Shown here: positions 24,455 through 32,000 of the stretch, one piece after another
Position numbering within the stretch: the stretch's first letter is position 1
Layout: each line of letters opens with the position of its first letter
Assembly (NCBI GenBank): GCA_964536865.1
Contig: CAZHYN010000002.1
Coordinates: 30,001-62,000, forward strand
Direction of reading: 5' to 3'
Origin: an uncultured Planctomycetia bacterium
GTDB lineage: Bacteria; Omnitrophota; Gorgyraeia; Duberdicusellales; 4484-171
Length of the DNA: 32,000 nt
The notes under the pieces: generated by a model
Told to the model about the DNA's origin: nothing
The model's input: only the letters and a program-made list of their open reading frames with translations
Database searches by the model: none
Translations under genes and position numbers: made by a program

Positions 24455-25720
24455 TTAACTTACCTCCTGGGGATGAGTAATTCTACCTTTAATTGCAGAA
24501 GCTGCTGCCACAGCAGGAGAACTTAGATAAACTAAACTCTGGGGATGCCCCATTCTTCCAATAAAATTTCTGTTAGAAGTAGCTAAAGCTACTTCCCCCT
24601 TACCTATTACTCCCATATGTCCTCCTAAACACGGACCGCAGGTAGGAGGACAGATAATACAACCTGCTTCTAAGAATACCTTAAGTAACCCTTCTCTTTC
24701 TGCTTCCCTATAAACCCTGTAAGTAGCAGGTATAACTATTACTCTTAACCCTCTTTTCACCTTTTTCCCTTTAAGGATACTGGCTGCCATTCTCAAATCA
24801 GAGATTCGTCCATTGGTGCAGGACCCAATAAACACCTGATTTAATTTAACTCTCCTAAAGTTAGCCACTGGCTTTACATTACTAGGAAGATGAGGGTAAG
24901 CAACCTGAGGCTGCAGTCTGCTTACATCAATCTCAATTATATCCTCGTATTTGGCATCTTTATCTGATGTTAAGTTACTTATATTTTTAAGATTGAGATT
25001 TGCTACTTTTTTTAAATAACTTAACACTTTTTCATCGGGTTGAATTATTCCTGTTTTAGCTCCGCACTCTATAGCCATATTAGTTATAGTCAGCCTATCT
25101 TCCACGGAAAGTTTCTTTATAACTGGGCCTGCAAATTCCATAGCTTTGTATAAAGCCCCGTCTACTCCTAATTTGCCTAAGGTAAACAGAATAATATCCT
25201 TTCCTGTAATCCACTTGCCTAACTTTCCTCTATAGATAATCTTAATTACTGGTGGGGTTTTTAACCATACCCTTCCCTCTTTCATAGCGCAGGCTAAATC
25301 TGTAGAACCCACTCCAAAAGCAGCGCATCCTATCCCTCCAAAAGTACAGGTGTGAGAATCTGCCCCAATAATGAGAGTGCCGGGAGTTATAAGCCCTTCC
25401 TCTAACAAAAATATATGTTCAATCCCACACCTATTTATATCAAAAAAGTTTTTTATTTTATATCTCTTAGAAAAATTCTTTAATAACTGGACATTATTAG
25501 CAGCTTTTAAATCGCGAGCAGGAAGAAAATGGTCACACACAAAGCCTATCTTTTTAGGATTGAACACTGAATTAAAACCAGCATGGGTAAATATTTTTAC
25601 TGCTAAAGGTGCGGTTACATCATTGCCAAAACAGAAGTCTACTTTAACATAAAGAAAATCCTCCAAAGTTTTCTTAGAAGAATGCCTTAATAAAATCTTT
25701 TCTATTAGAGTTAGCCCCAT
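24455..25720 (-). CDS. leuC: 3-isopropylmalate dehydratase large subunit (short, archaeal-type)
   Basis: 421 aa. Motifs DHF.P, GADSHT and the Fe-S ligand regions IGSCTNGR and CGPCLGG are present, along with SNRNF.GR.G. Confidence 0.88.
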   Translation of the reverse strand: MGLTLIEKILLRHSSKKTLEDFLYVKVDFCFGNDVTAPLAVKIFTHAGFNSVFNPKKIGFVCDHFLPARDLKAANNVQLLKNFSKRYKIKNFFDINRCGIEHIFLLEEGLITPGTLIIGADSHTCTFGGIGCAAFGVGSTDLACAMKEGRVWLKTPPVIKIIYRGKLGKWITGKDIILFTLGKLGVDGALYKAMEFAGPVIKKLSVEDRLTITNMAIECGAKTGIIQPDEKVLSYLKKVANLNLKNISNLTSDKDAKYEDIIEIDVSRLQPQVAYPHLPSNVKPVANFRRVKLNQVFIGSCTNGRISDLRMAASILKGKKVKRGLRVIVIPATYRVYREAEREGLLKVFLEAGCIICPPTCGPCLGGHMGVIGKGEVALATSNRNFIGRMGHPQSLVYLSSPAVAAASAIKGRITHPQEVS

Positions 25721-25726
25721 ACTTTT

Positions 25727-26968
25727 TTAGCTTAGTTCTTTAATAAGAAGAGTAGCGTTGTGCCCTCCAAAACCTAATGAATTGGACAGGGCAACTTTGA
25801 CATCTTCTTCGCGAGCTTTATTAGGAGTGTAGTCTAAATCACATTCAGGGTCTGGTAGTTCATAATTCACCGTGGGAGGAATTATCTTGTACCTTAAGAC
25901 CAAACAGCAGATAATAAACTCTATAGCTCCTGCAGCTCCTAAAGTGTGACCTGTCATTGATTTAGTAGAACTTATAGGGACTCTTTTAGCATACTCACCG
26001 AAAACTCTCTTTATTGCTTTGGTCTCCATTTTATCGTTTAACTGGGTAGAGGTTCCATGAGCGTTTATATAAATACTCTCATCCAAACTAACACCTGCTT
26101 CCTTCAGAGCTAACTCCATAGCCACACTAGCTGGTTCTCCTTCCGGTGAAGGAGCAGTGATATGGTAAGCATCGCAAGTAGCTCCATACCCACATATCTC
26201 TCCATAGATAGGAACACCTCTTTTTAAAGCATGATTTAACTCTTCTAAAACAACGATCCCTGCGCCTTCGGCAATGACAAATCCATCTCTTTCCCGGTCA
26301 AAAGGTCGACTTGCTTTCTCAGGTTGGTCATTGCGAGTAGATAAAGCTTTTAAAGCACAAAAGCCTCCCACTCCCAAAGGAGTGATACAGCTTTCTGTGC
26401 CTCCACAAATAACTATATCTGCCTTATCCTGTTGAATAAGACGGTAAGCTTCTCCTATAGCGTGTGCTCCTGAGGCACAAGCAGTAACTGTGCAAAAATT
26501 TACTCCTTTTAAATTAAAGCGGATAGCTATACGCCCTGCAGCTTCATTAGTAATAAGCATAGGTATGAGAAAAGGAGAAATCTTTTTAGGTCCTCGCTCA
26601 AGTAAAATGCTATGTTCCCTCTCTACCGCTCGCAAACTTCCTATACCTGAACCAACAATAACACCCCCTCGATAAGGATCTATTTGAGAGAGATTAAGCC
26701 CTGCTTCTTTGAGAGCCTCCTCAGCAGCAGCAATAGCGAATTGAACAAAACGAGGAGTTCTTTTTATCTCCTTAGAATTAAAATACTGGGAGGGCTCAAA
26801 CTCTTTAACTTCTCCAGCAATTTGAGAATCGAAATCTTGAGGATCGAACTGAGTTATCCTTACGATGCCACTCTTACCAGCAATGAGATTTCTCCATACT
26901 TCCTCCTTTCCTGTCCCCAGAGGAGTTACAACACCACACCCTGTAACCACTACACGTCTTATAGTCAT
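25727..26968 (-). CDS. fabF: beta-ketoacyl-ACP synthase II
   Basis: RRVVVTG.G, the active-site ACASG, the HGTST and GH..GAAG His motifs, and the C-terminal NS.GFGGHN are present. Confidence 0.93.
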   Translation of the reverse strand: MTIRRVVVTGCGVVTPLGTGKEEVWRNLIAGKSGIVRITQFDPQDFDSQIAGEVKEFEPSQYFNSKEIKRTPRFVQFAIAAAEEALKEAGLNLSQIDPYRGGVIVGSGIGSLRAVEREHSILLERGPKKISPFLIPMLITNEAAGRIAIRFNLKGVNFCTVTACASGAHAIGEAYRLIQQDKADIVICGGTESCITPLGVGGFCALKALSTRNDQPEKASRPFDRERDGFVIAEGAGIVVLEELNHALKRGVPIYGEICGYGATCDAYHITAPSPEGEPASVAMELALKEAGVSLDESIYINAHGTSTQLNDKMETKAIKRVFGEYAKRVPISSTKSMTGHTLGAAGAIEFIICCLVLRYKIIPPTVNYELPDPECDLDYTPNKAREEDVKVALSNSLGFGGHNATLLIKELS

Positions 26969-26986
26969 TTATTTTAAAAGAGCTGT

Positions 26987-27238
26987 TTATTGGGACTCTT
27001 TAGCTTTCACTTTTTCTTCAATATACTTTATCGCTTCTCCTACTGTAGCCATCTTTTCAGCATCCTCATCAGGAATCTCTATTCCAAATTCTTCCTCCAA
27101 CGCCATAACTATCTCTACAGTATCTAAGGAGTCTGCACCTAAATCATCAACAAAAGAACTCTCTGGTTTTATCTCCTCTTTCTTAACTCCTAACTGCTCA
27201 GCAATTATCTCTTTTACCCTTTCCTCTAAGTTTGCCAT
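26987..27238 (-). CDS. acpP: acyl carrier protein
   Basis: The phosphopantetheine attachment motif [10 protein letters not shown] is present in an 83 aa acidic protein. GGAGG lies upstream. Confidence 0.95.
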   Translation of the reverse strand: MANLEERVKEIIAEQLGVKKEEIKPESSFVDDLGADSLDTVEIVMALEEEFGIEIPDEDAEKMATVGEAIKYIEEKVKAKESQ

Positions 27239-27262
27239 CGCCTTACCTCCTTTTTACCATCT

Positions 27263-27994
27263 TTAACTCATCCCGCCATCAACAACCAAAACTTGCCCAG
27301 TTATATAATCAGCTAAGGAAGAAGCCAAAAAAAGTACTGCTCCTGCTACATCTGCAGGAGCACCAAACCTATTTAAAGGAATTCTCTCCAACATCTTCTC
27401 CTTTACTTTATCACTAAGACGATCTGTCATTGCTGTTTTTATAAACCCTGGAGCTACACAATTTATACAGATATTCCTTGAACCAAGTTCTCTGGCCAAA
27501 GATTTAGTAAACCCAATCAACCCTGCTTTGGAAGCAGCATAGTTAGCCTGCCCTACATTACCTATGAGACCAATAATAGAAGAAATATTGATTATTTTAC
27601 CGTAGTGTTGTTTGAGCATGTATCTTAACACTGCTTTTGTGCAGTTAAATGCACCTTTTAAATTTACCTCCAAAACTTTATCCCAATCAGCCTCAGATAA
27701 CCTTAAGATCAGATTATCTCTAGTTATCCCTGCATTGTTAACTAATATATCAACTTTACCTGCCTTGTCAATAACTTTGTTAACATTATTTTCTACCTCT
27801 TCTAACTTAGTAACATCTACACAGAAAGTCAAAAGATGAGAAGAATTTAACTCCTCCTTCAGCTGAGTAAGAAGAGCATCGTTAACATCGAATACTGCCA
27901 CATAAGCCCCTCTACTTAGGAAATTTCTACTAATTTCTTTACCAATACCTTGTGCACCACCAGTAACAATGGCTACTTTCTCTTTAAACTCCAT
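27263..27994 (-). CDS. fabG: 3-oxoacyl-ACP reductase
   Basis: SDR motifs TGGAQGIG, NNAG and YAASKAG are present, in the canonical position between fabD and acpP. Confidence 0.92.
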   Translation of the reverse strand: MEFKEKVAIVTGGAQGIGKEISRNFLSRGAYVAVFDVNDALLTQLKEELNSSHLLTFCVDVTKLEEVENNVNKVIDKAGKVDILVNNAGITRDNLILRLSEADWDKVLEVNLKGAFNCTKAVLRYMLKQHYGKIINISSIIGLIGNVGQANYAASKAGLIGFTKSLARELGSRNICINCVAPGFIKTAMTDRLSDKVKEKMLERIPLNRFGAPADVAGAVLFLASSLADYITGQVLVVDGGMS

Positions 27995-27995
27995 A

Positions 27996-28913
27996 CTAAG
28001 CCTCCTTCTCTAATTGAGAATAATCTTTGGCACTCTCGAAATTGATCACTTTACTCTGGGGAGAAATCTTTCTTATTAACCCTCGTAAAATCTTAGAGGG
28101 CCCTATTTCCACGAAGGTAGTAACCCCTTTCTCTACCATAAATTCGACACATCTCCTCCACATTACGGGAGAAACTAACTGATTTAGAAGATTCCTCTTT
28201 AGCTCCCAAGCATGGTAATGAGAAGTAGCTGTGAAGTTGCTTACAATAGGAATCTTTGCATTCTTAAATTTTAGGTTTTCTATAACTTTTTCCAGCCTTT
28301 TTCTGGCAGATTCCATAAAAGGAGAATGAAAACCCCCACTTACTGCCAATTCTACTATCCTTGCTCCTAAATTTTTTAGCTCTCTTTTTACTCTTTCCTT
28401 ATTCTCTTTACTCAAAGAAATAACCACCTGGTGAGGGGAATTAATATTAGCAATGTAGAAACCTAATTCTCCTTCTTTCTTCCTTAAATCCTCCTCCTTC
28501 ATCCCAATCACAGCTAACATTGATGAAGGATTCTCTAAACTAGCTTCCTCCATAGCTAATGCTCTTTCCTTAACCAAATATACTAACTCCTCCCACGCAA
28601 GAACCTCTGCAGGATAAAGACAAGTATACTCTCCTAAGCTTAATCCGGAAAGATAACTTATCTCTTTTAATATATTCATTCTCTTTTTTAATACCTCTAA
28701 TCCAGCAACAGTTACTACTAAAATCGCTAACTGCTGGATGTTGGTTTTTTTTAGCTCTTCTGGAGGACCTTGAAAACACACCTTAGCTAAATCAATACCT
28801 ACAACTCCCTCGGCAATAGAAAAAATTTGCTTAGCTTCGGGGAATTCCTCATAGAAACTTTCCCCCATCCCTAAATACTGAGCTCCTTGTCCAGGAAAAA
28901 CCAATGCCTTCAC
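27996..28913 (-). CDS. fabD: ACP S-malonyltransferase
   Basis: FPGQGAQY.GMG, the active-site GLSLGEY and the GGFHSP motif are present. Confidence 0.92.
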   Translation of the reverse strand: MKALVFPGQGAQYLGMGESFYEEFPEAKQIFSIAEGVVGIDLAKVCFQGPPEELKKTNIQQLAILVVTVAGLEVLKKRMNILKEISYLSGLSLGEYTCLYPAEVLAWEELVYLVKERALAMEEASLENPSSMLAVIGMKEEDLRKKEGELGFYIANINSPHQVVISLSKENKERVKRELKNLGARIVELAVSGGFHSPFMESARKRLEKVIENLKFKNAKIPIVSNFTATSHYHAWELKRNLLNQLVSPVMWRRCVEFMVEKGVTTFVEIGPSKILRGLIRKISPQSKVINFESAKDYSQLEKEA

Positions 28914-28914
28914 T

Positions 28915-29895
28915 CTATACCCACTTTATCACACTACTTCCCCAAACCAAACCCCCACCAAAAGCATCTAAAACTACCACATCTCCTTTTTTAATCCTAC
29001 CTTCCTCCCAAGCTTCACATAAAGCCACTGCAGAAGAAGCACTAGACATATTTCCATAACGTTCAATGTTAACATATACTCTCTCTTCAGTTAATCCTAA
29101 TCGTTTAGCTACTGCCGTGATTATCCTTATATTTGCCTGATGAGGGATAAGTAAGTCTATATCTTTTCTTCTTAACCCTGCCCTTTTTAAAGCTTTCTGA
29201 GCAGCTTCGACCATTATCCGTACCGCTATACGAAACAACTCATTACCCTTCATCTTTATATAATGGAGTCTCTCTTTTACTGTATCTGGAGAAGCAGGGC
29301 ACCGGGAACCACCGCCGGGAAGTATGAGAAGATCACTCTTAGAACCATCCCCTCCTAAATAAGCACTTAAGAAACCATCCCGATTGCTAGGCACTAATAC
29401 TGCTGCTCCTGCACCATCTCCAAAGAGGACACAAGTAGAACGATCCTCCCAATCAGTAATAGAAGTGAGAACTTCGCTACCTACCACTAATGCATTCTTA
29501 TAAAACCCGCCCTTTAAGAACTGCCAAGCACAGGTCAAAGCATAGACAAATCCAGCACAGGCAGCAGAGACATCGAAACAACAGGCTCTCTTTGCCTTTA
29601 GAGAATCTTGTAAATAACAAGCAGTGGAAGGGAACTGAGTATCAGGGGTAATAGTAGCAACGATTATTAAATCCAAATCTCTAGGCTTTAACCCTGCTCT
29701 CTTTAAAGCTATCAAAGAAGCTTCTTTGGCTAAAACAGAAGCAGGAGTGTTATTTTCCACTACGTGGCGCGTTTTTATTCCAGTTCGAGTAGTAATCCAC
29801 TCATCAGTAGTATCTACCATCTTCTCTAAATCAAAATTGGTAAGAATCTTAGAAGGTAAGTATTTGCCTAATCCTACTATCTTGGCAGACCTCAT
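28915..29895 (-). CDS. fabH: beta-ketoacyl-ACP synthase III
   Basis: G.G.YLP....N.DLE..VDTTDEWI..RTGI, the active-site AACAGF, HQAN and GN.SSAS are present. A strong SD (GAGGAGGGTGG) lies inside the plsX 3' end. Confidence 0.92.
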   Translation of the reverse strand: MRSAKIVGLGKYLPSKILTNFDLEKMVDTTDEWITTRTGIKTRHVVENNTPASVLAKEASLIALKRAGLKPRDLDLIIVATITPDTQFPSTACYLQDSLKAKRACCFDVSAACAGFVYALTCAWQFLKGGFYKNALVVGSEVLTSITDWEDRSTCVLFGDGAGAAVLVPSNRDGFLSAYLGGDGSKSDLLILPGGGSRCPASPDTVKERLHYIKMKGNELFRIAVRIMVEAAQKALKRAGLRRKDIDLLIPHQANIRIITAVAKRLGLTEERVYVNIERYGNMSSASSAVALCEAWEEGRIKKGDVVVLDAFGGGLVWGSSVIKWV

Positions 29896-30880
29896 CCACC
29901 CTCCTCTTTATCTCTCTATTTAAGTCTCGGTTCAACTCTTGAATAGCTACTTTTATAGCATTCTTAACTGCGTAAGCATGAGAACGTCCATGGCCAATAA
30001 TTACCACCCCATCTATTCCCAAAAGAGGAGCTCCCCCGTACTCTGCATAGTCAGTAATTTTTTTAAACCCCTTTAGACTCTGTTTAACGAAAAGGAGTCC
30101 TAACTTACCTAAGAACTCCTTCCTAGTATTATCTAATAGAAATCTCTCCATAGCTTCAGCAAATCCTTCAGAGACTTTCAAAACAGCATTACCTATATAT
30201 CCATCACAGACAATACAATCACATTTTCCTAAGAATATATCTCTTGGTTCTAAATTCCCTACGAAGTTTAAAGGAGCCTGAGTAAAGAGGCGGTGAGTAC
30301 TCTTTATAAGATCTGGACCTTTAGTAGCCTCCTCTCCTATACTAAGGAGACCTACACTGGGATTATTTTTCCCTAAAACTAAAGAATAGTAAACCGAAGC
30401 CATTATCCCATATTGAAAAAGGTGAAGGGGTCTTGGATCGATGTTTGCTCCTACATCTATAATTAAGCATACTCCTTTTAAAGTAGGAACTAATACAGCA
30501 ATTCCTGCCCGCTCAATCCCCTCAATTAAACCTACCTCTAAAGTAGCAGCACACACTACAGCCCCAGTATTCCCACAAGAGACAAAAGCATCAATTTTAC
30601 CTTCCTTTAGAAGAAGTATCCCTTTCACTATGGAAGAATCCCGCTTCCTCCTCACAGAAGAAACTGGAAAATCATTCATATCTATCTTCTCCTTTGCCTC
30701 CACTATGGAAAACTTACTCAGATCTATTCTCTCCTTTACTGCTTCTCTCTCTATCTCATCTTTATCTCCTATTAAAACCAAAGGAACGTCCAGTTCTCTA
30801 GCAGCTAAGTAAGCCCCTTTAAGAGGTTCTAGAGGTGCGTAATCTCCTCCAGAAATATCCAAACCTATTCTATACCCCAT
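29849..30880 (-). CDS. plsX: phosphate acyltransferase PlsX
   Basis: I.LD..GGD.AP, SCGNTGA and GHGRS are present. The ATG overlaps the rpmF stop (TAATG). Confidence 0.93.
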   Translation of the reverse strand: MGYRIGLDISGGDYAPLEPLKGAYLAARELDVPLVLIGDKDEIEREAVKERIDLSKFSIVEAKEKIDMNDFPVSSVRRKRDSSIVKGILLLKEGKIDAFVSCGNTGAVVCAATLEVGLIEGIERAGIAVLVPTLKGVCLIIDVGANIDPRPLHLFQYGIMASVYYSLVLGKNNPSVGLLSIGEEATKGPDLIKSTHRLFTQAPLNFVGNLEPRDIFLGKCDCIVCDGYIGNAVLKVSEGFAEAMERFLLDNTRKEFLGKLGLLFVKQSLKGFKKITDYAEYGGAPLLGIDGVVIIGHGRSHAYAVKNAIKVAIQELNRDLNREIKRRVDEVCQDSRIRQILTF

Positions 30881-31068
30881 TATTTTTTCTCTTTTTCTAT
30901 AACTACTATTTCTTTACCTCGGTAATACCCACAAAAGGGACAGACCATATGAGCTGGTTTTAGTCTTCCACACTCCTTACAAGGAACAAGGGTAGGGATA
31001 CTTAATTTCTGATGCGTTCTCTTTTTTCTCGTGCGAGAGTGAGAATGTCTTCTCTTAGGGTGAGCCAT
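30880..31068 (-). CDS. rpmF: 50S ribosomal protein L32
   Basis: MAHPKRRHSHSRTRKKRTH is followed by the zinc-ribbon C..CG...P.H.VCP.CGYY. Confidence 0.93.
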   Translation of the reverse strand: MAHPKRRHSHSRTRKKRTHQKLSIPTLVPCKECGRLKPAHMVCPFCGYYRGKEIVVIEKEKK

Positions 31069-31089
31069 CTCCTCCTCCTCCTCTTCTTC

Positions 31090-31509
31090 TTAATTTGATT
31101 TTTTTGCACACTGACATTGAGAATAATTTAAGTTTGCTCCACATCCTGGACATAATCCTTTACAGTCAGGACGACATAGTACTTTCATAGGAAATTCCAA
31201 GAGAATCTGCTCTCTTATTCTCTCGTCCATCTCTAAATAATCTCCAAGTTGAGAGATAGGATAGTAAAAATCAAATTTTTGGACTACCTTCTGACCTACC
31301 TCTTGGAGACATCGAGAGCAAGTTATTATACGGTGAGTAGTAACTTCTGTCTTTACTAAAATATCCTTACCTACTTTGAAAAACTCACAAACCATATGAA
31401 TATCATCTACGAATTTTATATCAAAACTATCCATATCCCAACTCTGAGCAGAAATATCTTCTTCTACAAGGAGACCTTCCTGGGGAATTTTATTTATCGC
31501 TACTTTCAT
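31090..31509 (-). CDS. yceD: YceD/DUF177 family protein (23S rRNA accumulation protein)
   Basis: The C-terminal C.PDCKGLCP.CG.NLN...C.C signature is present, in the canonical position upstream of rpmF. Confidence 0.85.
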   Translation of the reverse strand: MKVAINKIPQEGLLVEEDISAQSWDMDSFDIKFVDDIHMVCEFFKVGKDILVKTEVTTHRIITCSRCLQEVGQKVVQKFDFYYPISQLGDYLEMDERIREQILLEFPMKVLCRPDCKGLCPGCGANLNYSQCQCAKKSN

Positions 31510-31981
31510 TAATCTTTCTCTTTAAAGCACGAAGAGAAACCAAAGGTAAAAATGCCTTTAGGTCCGCTCCCAAGCCAGCTGCTTCCTTGATTAAGCGAGA
31601 AGAAATATAAGAATACTGAGGGTGAGGCATAAGAAATACTGTTTCTATTTCTGGAGCAAGCTTCCTGTTAGTTAAAGCCATCTGGAATTCGTACTCAAAA
31701 TCAGAAGTCATCCGTAACCCTCGCAAAATTATCTTAATCTTCATCCTCTTAGCGAACTCTACCACTAAACCATCAAATCCTACTACTTTCACATTTCTTA
31801 AGCCCCTCACTGCTTTCTTCACCATCTCCTCTCGCTCAGGATAAGAAAAAAGGGTAGGTTTAGAAGGAGCCTTTACTACCGCCACGATGAGCTGAGAGAA
31901 AATAGATGCGGCTCGTTTTATGATATCCAGATGACCTAAGGTAATAGGATCAAAAGTTCCAGGATAAAGAACCTTCTCCAT
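31490..31981 (-). CDS. coaD: phosphopantetheine adenylyltransferase
   Basis: YPGTFDPIT.GHLDII.RA, RGLR...DFEYE and ISS..IKE are present. Confidence 0.93.
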   Translation of the reverse strand: MEKVLYPGTFDPITLGHLDIIKRAASIFSQLIVAVVKAPSKPTLFSYPEREEMVKKAVRGLRNVKVVGFDGLVVEFAKRMKIKIILRGLRMTSDFEYEFQMALTNRKLAPEIETVFLMPHPQYSYISSRLIKEAAGLGADLKAFLPLVSLRALKRKINESSDK

Positions 31982-32000
31982 TCTTTTTATAAATCAAAAG

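Noticed and set aside
3192-30812. About 22 plus-strand ORFs of 61-133 aa in the track lie entirely antisense to well-supported minus-strand genes. Examples are 3192-3428, 9113-9427, 18436-18660, 25371-25652, 26865-27266 and 30441-30812.
   Set aside because: Each sits wholly inside a minus-strand gene with clear family motifs. Their translations are low-complexity (S/L/F/K/I-rich) with no recognisable motif, SD or promoter. They are typical shadow ORFs of AT-rich coding DNA.
1-32000. A search by eye for CRISPR arrays, tandem or long direct repeats, transposase/integrase/recombinase genes, toxin-antitoxin pairs, restriction-modification or other defence genes, and prophage remnants.
   Set aside because: None were found. 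Every ORF over 60 aa that is not a shadow ORF has a housekeeping or conserved-family assignment, and the non-coding gaps are too short to hide arrays. A computational repeat search (self dot-plot) would be needed to exclude short dispersed repeats.

Overview
This is a visibly AT-rich, tightly packed bacterial chromosomal segment. It uses the standard genetic code, since TAA, TAG and TGA all serve as stops. I recognise 39 protein genes, 36 of them on the minus strand. Most are joined by 1-47 nt overlaps or gaps of only a few nt. The content is almost entirely core housekeeping in familiar syntenic blocks. Reading right to left these are: coaD-yceD-rpmF-plsX-fabH-fabD-fabG-acpP-fabF; leuC-leuD, then a hairpin and promoter, then leuB-asd; truA, a GT-C-like membrane protein and a PilZ protein; mreB-mreC-mreD-mrdA-rodA, a TIGR03960 radical SAM gene and a short DUF2344 gene. 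Next comes the only plus-strand piece, speH-speE plus a second AdoMetDC-fold gene. It is followed by a roughly 630 nt gene-decay zone, then mrp-DUF89-def, then GH5, rpe-like, yibQ, queH, a TIGR01212 radical SAM gene, dtd and lgt, then nadE, a secreted PEBP/YbhB protein and the start of rpsO. I see no rRNA, tRNA, CRISPR, transposase, integrase, phage or recognisable defence genes. Several near-consensus sigma70-type promoters can be read in the few real intergenic gaps, and they define the operon structure. I do not find a convincing undescribed multi-gene system here. There are four leads worth a second look. (1) A divergent second AdoMetDC-fold paralogue is translationally coupled to speE. 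(2) An uncharacterised radical SAM/DUF2344 pair is embedded in the cell-shape operon. (3) A PilZ plus GT-C-like membrane protein pair lies just upstream of mreB. (4) The plus-strand spe module is bounded by decayed genes on one side and a half-length gene on the other. All functional calls come from motif recognition by eye; no database search was run.
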